Of a DNA stretch of 19,131 nt, positions 14,783 to 19,131 are shown piece after piece (within the stretch, counting starts at the first letter, position 1; each line of letters opens with the position of its first letter). The stretch covers positions 1 through 19,131 of the forward strand of contig JAPWTZ010000011.1 of assembly GCA_028275775.1 (NCBI GenBank). Direction: 5' to 3'. Source of the stretch: Candidatus Nanopusillus sp. GTDB lineage: Archaea; Nanobdellota; Nanobdellia; Nanobdellales; Nanobdellaceae. The notes beneath the pieces were generated by a model. The model ran no database searches. It saw nothing but the letters and a program-made list of their open reading frames with translations, and was not told the origin of the DNA. The position numbers and the translations under genes are program-made.

Positions 14783-15661
14783 TTATTTCTTTAATGGTTT
14801 ATAAGATAATAAAGATGCATAATCAACAACATTCTTTTCATCTTTATTTATTTCAGAAGATAAAACATGACTTATTAGTTCTATTTTTCCCTTATATAAT
14901 TTTGTATATTCTATAAAAAATAAAAATGGATATTTTCCGCAGAATATTTTACTATCTATTTCCAATTTATATAATTTTTCAGAATCTAAATTTAATATAT
15001 ATTCTATTATTTTTTCAGATTCTTTTTTTACATTTTCAGATATTTTTTCTTTATATATAATATTTCCATAAAATTCTCCATGATGATATAAATTTCCAGT
15101 AGATATTAATATTATTTTTCTATTTAATTCTTTAGATAATTCTTTTAATAATTTAACAAAATCTTTTATCATTTCTAATTCAACTTCTTTTACAATTATT
15201 GGAACAATCTTTACTTTATCTTTAAATAAATATCTCAATATTGGTAATTGAATTTCAATTGAATATTCATATCTAGATAATATTGGATTTTCATATGAAT
15301 CATAATTATTTAATATTTTTCTAGCAAATTCTACATCTGTTTTAATTATACCAAAAGGAGTATACCAGTCATCAATTATCAAATTTATTTTCTGACCAAT
15401 ATTATAATGATTTGGACCAATTATTATTATTGTATCAAAATCAAAATTCTCATATAATTCTTTATATAATTTTATAGAAACTGGTAAAAAATATTCATAA
15501 CTTGCATGAGGAACAATTCCAGAAATTATATTTTTTTCTTTTTTTATATTTTTTGGAATATACCCAGGTCCATATCTTTTATCCATAAAGTATTGTTCGA
15601 TTTGAGAGAGTAAATCAGAAGAATCAAATGAATAGAACCCCTTTGCTTTCATAAATTGCAT
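14783..15661 (-). CDS. MEMO1-like protein (AmmeMemoRadiSam system protein B family)
   Basis: AKGFYSFDSSDLLSQIEQYF…GIVPHASYEYFLPVSIKLYKEL…IIIIGPNHY matches the Memo/UPF0103 N-terminal signature. The start could instead be the second Met (15650-15652). Confidence 0.7.
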   Translation of the reverse strand: MQFMKAKGFYSFDSSDLLSQIEQYFMDKRYGPGYIPKNIKKEKNIISGIVPHASYEYFLPVSIKLYKELYENFDFDTIIIIGPNHYNIGQKINLIIDDWYTPFGIIKTDVEFARKILNNYDSYENPILSRYEYSIEIQLPILRYLFKDKVKIVPIIVKEVELEMIKDFVKLLKELSKELNRKIILISTGNLYHHGEFYGNIIYKEKISENVKKESEKIIEYILNLDSEKLYKLEIDSKIFCGKYPFLFFIEYTKLYKGKIELISHVLSSEINKDEKNVVDYASLLSYKPLKK

Positions 15662-15712
15662 AATTTTATTTTGAAATTATAATTTATTAATTTTTTTAAT
15701 ATTTTTATTGTT

Positions 15713-16528
15713 ATGATTGCTGGATTAGAAATACATCAACAAATTGATACAAAAGAAAAATTGTTTTGCAATTGTCCTACAAATTTAAGTGATAAATATG
15801 ATTATAGAATTGAAAGAAAATTGAGAGCAACATTAAGTGAAATTGGAAAAAAGGATATTGCTGCAGAATATGAGACAATGAAAGATAAAAAATATATATA
15901 TGAATATTCTAAAGATTATTCTTGTTTAGTTGAACTTGATGAAGAGCCTCCACATTTAATTAATATTGAAGCACTAAAATTTGGAATATTAATTTCAACA
16001 TTTTTTAATATGTATATACCAAAGGTTTTACAGGTTATGAGAAAAATTGTTGTAGATGGATCAAATACCTCTGGTTTTCAAAGAACATTATTATTATCAT
16101 TAAATGGAGAATTAAAATATAAGGATAAAAAAATAAGTATAGGAACAATTTGTATTGAAGAAGATGCTGCAAGAAAAATTGAAGAAGGAGAAGATTATAT
16201 AATTTATAGATTGGATAGATTGGGAATACCATTGATAGAAATATCTACAGGTCCAGATTTAAGAGATCCAAAAGAAGTAAAAGAAGTAGCTGAATATATT
16301 GGATTAATATTAAGATTAACTGGAAAAGTAAAAAGAGGGTTGGGAACTATTAGACAGGATGTAAATATATCAATAGAAAGGGGAGAAAAAATTGAAATAA
16401 AAGGTGTACAGAATTTAAAAATAATAGATAAAGTTTGCGAACTAGAAGTGAAAAGACAGGAAAGGATGATAGAATGGAAAAAGATTATGAATGAAAAGGG
16501 TATTGAAGGATATGAATTAATAGAATAG
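15713..16528 (+). CDS. gatE: Glu-tRNA(Gln) amidotransferase subunit E, N-terminal fragment only (split or truncated gatE)
   Basis: MIAGLEIHQQIDTKEKLFCNCPT, RLDRLGIPLIEISTGPD and GLGTIRQDVNISIERGEKIEIKGVQNL are GatE/GatB cradle-domain signatures. The ORF stops at 271 aa, right after the E-x-x-RQ element. Full-length GatE is roughly 600+ aa. Confidence 0.75.
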   Translation: MIAGLEIHQQIDTKEKLFCNCPTNLSDKYDYRIERKLRATLSEIGKKDIAAEYETMKDKKYIYEYSKDYSCLVELDEEPPHLINIEALKFGILISTFFNMYIPKVLQVMRKIVVDGSNTSGFQRTLLLSLNGELKYKDKKISIGTICIEEDAARKIEEGEDYIIYRLDRLGIPLIEISTGPDLRDPKEVKEVAEYIGLILRLTGKVKRGLGTIRQDVNISIERGEKIEIKGVQNLKIIDKVCELEVKRQERMIEWKKIMNEKGIEGYELIE

Positions 16529-16544
16529 ATTTATATTTTTTAAT
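16529..16544 (+). promoter_or_regulatory. TATA-like box (atttatattttttaat) about 25 nt upstream of ATG 16560
   Basis: The position is consistent with a leaderless first gene of the three-gene pilin-like operon. This is a weak call in AT-rich DNA. Confidence 0.3.
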
Positions 16545-16559
16545 AGATCATAATTCTTA

Positions 16560-17039
16560 ATGAAAACTCAATTCGGAACAATTCTTGTAGAAATTATATT
16601 ATTTATAGTTGCAGGTATTGCTGCTTATATATTTGTTTCTACTGCATATAATAATTTAAATGGAATAAGTAATGCTGCAATTGCAAATTCTCAATCATTA
16701 GAAAATCAATTAAATACTTATATTACACTAGATTCTTGTGCATATAATAGTACAACAAATTTATTATATTTCTATGTAACAAATAGAGGAAGTGTTGTAC
16801 TAAATCAAAATTTAACATTATTGTTTATTAATGGAGAACTAATAAATAATACTCAAATATATATTGCAAATAGTTATACTGGTACTTCTGCTTGGGGTCC
16901 ATATGATACAATTGCAATTGTTGCAAATATTTCTTTAGCAACAAACTTTTATCAGGTAAGAATTGTAGCATCTACTGGAGCATATGCACAGGATATAATA
17001 TATGTTAATACAACTGCAGGTACTTGTACAATAGAATGA
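16560..17039 (+). CDS. Prepilin-like / FlaF-FlaG-like secreted protein with a class III signal peptide
   Basis: In MKTQFG|TILVEIILFIVAGIAAYIFV, a Gly is followed by a hydrophobic helix with Glu at +5, the classical type IV prepilin cleavage context. The body contains LYFYVTNRGSVVLNQNLTLLFINGE, a beta-sandwich motif (x-N-x-G-x…φ-x-φ-N-G) resembling archaeal FlaF/FlaG and pilin domains. Confidence 0.65.
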   Translation: MKTQFGTILVEIILFIVAGIAAYIFVSTAYNNLNGISNAAIANSQSLENQLNTYITLDSCAYNSTTNLLYFYVTNRGSVVLNQNLTLLFINGELINNTQIYIANSYTGTSAWGPYDTIAIVANISLATNFYQVRIVASTGAYAQDIIYVNTTAGTCTIE

Positions 17040-17482
17040 GATCAGATTTAGGATCAATTATTGGGGCAATTATTGGATTTGTTATTTTTATTGTTTCTTC
17101 ATCAGTTTTATATTTAATTTTAAATAATTATTATAAAAACTTTTATTATACAGCAAATTCAATAGATAATCAAATAAAAAATATTGTTGGAGAAAATATA
17201 AAATTTTTAAATAATCAAACAAACTATTCAAACCCTTATTTGATTATATATAATAATGGAAACAAAGCATTGGATTTATCTTGTTTTCAATTATATGTTA
17301 ATGGTTATTTTTCTTCATTTAATTATTCTATAAATTATTTATATTCATCAAATCTATTATTACCAGGAGAAAATGCAACAATATATTTTGGTAATAATTA
17401 TTTAGTAAATAATTCATGGAATTATATAATATTGGTATCCTGTTATGGGGTTAAGTTTCAAACTTTAATATATGCTAATTGA
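17036..17482 (+). CDS. Prepilin-like secreted protein
   Basis: The first ATG (17036) overlaps the upstream TGA as ATGA. The track's earlier start at 17024 is a TTG. The N-terminus is MRSDLGSIIGAIIGFVIFIVSSSVLYLIL. The motif YLIIYNNGNKALDLSCFQLYVNG parallels the neighbouring gene. Confidence 0.6.
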   Translation: MRSDLGSIIGAIIGFVIFIVSSSVLYLILNNYYKNFYYTANSIDNQIKNIVGENIKFLNNQTNYSNPYLIIYNNGNKALDLSCFQLYVNGYFSSFNYSINYLYSSNLLLPGENATIYFGNNYLVNNSWNYIILVSCYGVKFQTLIYAN

Positions 17483-17492
17483 TTAATATAAT

Positions 17493-19043
17493 ATGAGATT
17501 ACAATCTGAAACATTTATAGCATTAATATTATTAGTAGCAGGTGCTCTTGCTACTGTTATGATATACAATATAATATTTCCAAATTTAAATATAATAAAT
17601 CCTTCTGGACAAGAAATTTCAAGATCTTTAAAATTGAATTTCCAATTATTAGATTATTATATAGCAAATAATACATTATATGCATATGTAAAACCCTCAG
17701 AACCTGTTAATTATTCTCAAGTATTTGCAATTTTAAATAATAGGTTAGTTAATGTTTATCCTTATAATTCAAATGGATCTATTGTAAATCCATATAATAA
17801 TGGTTTATTAATTGTTGTTGCAAATTTGTCACAAATTCCTCCGGATCAAAATGGAAATTATGAATTAGAAGTTGGATTAGAAAATGATATAATTGGAATA
17901 TTTGATATAAAATATATTTCAAATACATTAATTAATTATTTTCAACCCCCAATTGTTTTTAATATATCAACATCTACATCAAGTACCCCAACCACCCCAA
18001 CCTGTCAATTATCATATTTACCTTTAGTAATATATAATACTCAATCTATTTCAACTCCTTCCCCATTTCAACAAGATATAGCAATATGTAATGGAAGTAT
18101 AAATATAGGAAATAGTTTTGCATATATAAATAATGCAACGTTATTTAATTGTATAAATCCAAATGGTCAAAATGTATACTTTACTACAACTTATAACAGT
18201 AATCCAAACATATATTCATGGTATGAAGGTCGATTGATTAATGGAAGTACTTATTGTGATGTTTGGTGGATAAATTTAACAAAAGGTATCCCTGCTAATT
18301 CAAATATAACTATTTATATTAATATAGGACCAAATAGCACTAATTACTATTCTCAATATTATCCATATGTTGGTGCACCTATACAAGTTTTAGGTACTTC
18401 TCAATATGATAATGGACAATATGTATTTAATTATTATCAAAACTTTGGAAATCTAAGTTCATTACCTTCACCATGGACTTATGTATATAATAATCAAAAT
18501 AGTGTTTCTTTTTCTACAAATTATACAATTATCCCATATTCATCTTCTGGTAATGAAGGTATTACTACAACAGTAAACTTTAATATACAAAATAATATAT
18601 TACAAATTTATGCTTCTGTTCCAACTACAAGCGGTACAAGTTGGGATTATATAGATTTAGGTGTAGGTGCAGCAAATAATAGAAATACATACTTTATTGG
18701 TGGCGGAGGTGGACTTATAGCTGGTGGTAATAATAATGGTGCTGCATTTACATATCCCAATTCAGGATCCGCAGGCAAATTTAATTTATATGTAGGGACT
18801 TCTAATGTAGGAAGTACAACATATAATTATGCTCCAACAATATATGAAATTGGATTTTCTAGTAGTTATACATATTTCTTAGTAAATTATACTCAAATAT
18901 TGAGTACTACAACAATACCTGGCTCATTTAGTTTACCAATAACAATAGGACAACAAAACTCGGGTAATAATATATACTTATATTGGGTTTTATTAAGATC
19001 ATATCCACCTAATGATGTAATGCCTTCAATTTATATTAGTTAA
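17493..19043 (+). CDS. Secreted multidomain surface protein, paralog of 7784..9547: FlaG/pilin-like N-terminus, Thr/Ser linker, DUF2341-like module, Gly/Asn-rich ConA/LamG-like C-terminal domain
   Basis: The N-terminus is MRLQSETFIALILLVAGALATVMIY. The linker is NISTSTSSTPTTPT. A 138-aa block is about 82% identical to the 587-aa protein. The C-terminal signature is YLYWVLLRSYPPNDVMPSIYIS. I count only 14 charged residues in the last 346. Confidence 0.75.
   Translation: MRLQSETFIALILLVAGALATVMIYNIIFPNLNIINPSGQEISRSLKLNFQLLDYYIANNTLYAYVKPSEPVNYSQVFAILNNRLVNVYPYNSNGSIVNPYNNGLLIVVANLSQIPPDQNGNYELEVGLENDIIGIFDIKYISNTLINYFQPPIVFNISTSTSSTPTTPTCQLSYLPLVIYNTQSISTPSPFQQDIAICNGSINIGNSFAYINNATLFNCINPNGQNVYFTTTYNSNPNIYSWYEGRLINGSTYCDVWWINLTKGIPANSNITIYINIGPNSTNYYSQYYPYVGAPIQVLGTSQYDNGQYVFNYYQNFGNLSSLPSPWTYVYNNQNSVSFSTNYTIIPYSSSGNEGITTTVNFNIQNNILQIYASVPTTSGTSWDYIDLGVGAANNRNTYFIGGGGGLIAGGNNNGAAFTYPNSGSAGKFNLYVGTSNVGSTTYNYAPTIYEIGFSSSYTYFLVNYTQILSTTTIPGSFSLPITIGQQNSGNNIYLYWVLLRSYPPNDVMPSIYIS
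17994..18416 (+). repeat. Conserved paralog block, copy 2 (partner at 8366..8790)
   Basis: See copy 1. The alignment is ungapped and all four Cys residues are conserved (C171/C199/C220/C255 versus C198/C226/C247/C282). Confidence 0.85.
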
Positions 19044-19069
19044 AAATATAAATGATAATGATCTTTTAT

Positions 19070-19131
19070 GGTCCGGGTAGCCTAGTGGTAAGGCGTCAGG
19101 CTGTGGACCTGAAGATCGCGGGTTCGAATCC
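19070..19131 (+). tRNA. tRNA-His (anticodon GUG) with genome-encoded G-1. The 3' end is cut by the window edge.
   Basis: The sequence reads G(-1)-GUCCGGG-UA-GCCU-AGUGGUA-AGGC-G-UCAGG-CUGUGGA-CCUGA-AGAUC-GCGGG-UUCGAAUCC…. GUG lies at 19103-19105. The extra 5' G is the His identity element. Confidence 0.85.

Noticed and set aside
7057-16232. Other antisense ORFs from the track (7057-7320, 10251-10517, 10599-10820, 11898-12119, 14716-14916, 16035-16232)
   Set aside because: These have the same antisense, low-complexity hydrophobic character. Each is embedded in a well-supported gene on the opposite strand (apgM-like, RNR, hsp20/Memo-like, gatE).
17024-17035. The ORF-track start at 17024 (MYNRMRSD…) for the second pilin-like gene
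   Set aside because: That codon is TTG. The first ATG at 17036 forms an ATGA overlap with the upstream stop and gives the MRS… N-terminus shared by the paralogs, so I prefer 17036.
16560-19043. Calling the three-gene cluster an archaellum (fla/arl) operon
   Set aside because: Only FlaF/FlaG-like N-termini and a beta-sandwich motif are seen. There is no archaellin-length FlaB and no FlaH, FlaI or FlaJ. The third gene carries DUF2341/lectin-like domains that are foreign to archaellum operons. I describe it generically as pilin/FlaFG-like.
1-19131. Mobile elements, CRISPR arrays, split tRNA halves and tRNA introns
   Set aside because: I see no transposase- or integrase-like ORFs, no regularly spaced repeats, and no GC-rich orphan segments outside the four tRNAs. 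All anticodon loops are 7 nt with no insertion.

Overview
This is a very AT-rich archaeal window, roughly a quarter G+C by eye, with short intergenic spacers. Archaeal origin is supported by uL22 and uS3, an archaeal-type GatE fragment, an ApgM-like phosphoglycerate mutase, a class II ribonucleotide reductase, a NOG1-family GTPase, and many class III (prepilin-type) signal peptides. Four tRNA genes (Glu, Leu, Ala and a partial His) stand out as GC-rich islands, which suggests a thermophile. Fragmented conserved operons and a gatE ORF covering only the N-terminal half suggest a reduced DPANN/Nanoarchaeota-like genome. This lineage call is an inference and has not been searched.

Housekeeping genes are a uL22-uS3 pair and apgM-like on one side. 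On the other is a tight minus-strand array (Memo-like, Hsp20, NOG1 GTPase, metallophosphoesterase), plus nrdJ-like RNR and the gatE N-terminal fragment.

There are two kinds of accessory content. The first is a 1185-aa single-chain Type IIG-like restriction-modification enzyme. It has an N-terminal PD-ExK nuclease motif and a gamma-class N6-adenine methyltransferase with DFGCGAG and NPPY motifs. It sits between the two longest non-coding spacers of the window, next to tRNA-Glu.

The second, and the most interesting, is three separate loci encoding eight prepilin-like secreted proteins, about a quarter of the window. Two of these (587 aa and 516 aa) are paralogous multidomain proteins. Each has a pilin-type N-terminus, a Ser/Thr linker, a DUF2341-like module and a divergent ConA/LamG-like C-terminal domain. 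They share an ungapped 138-aa block at about 82% identity, while their flanking domains have diverged. I interpret them as filament-displayed lectin-type adhesins of an uncharacterised surface system. No assembly ATPase, platform protein or prepilin peptidase lies in the window.

No CRISPR array, transposase, integrase or rRNA is visible.
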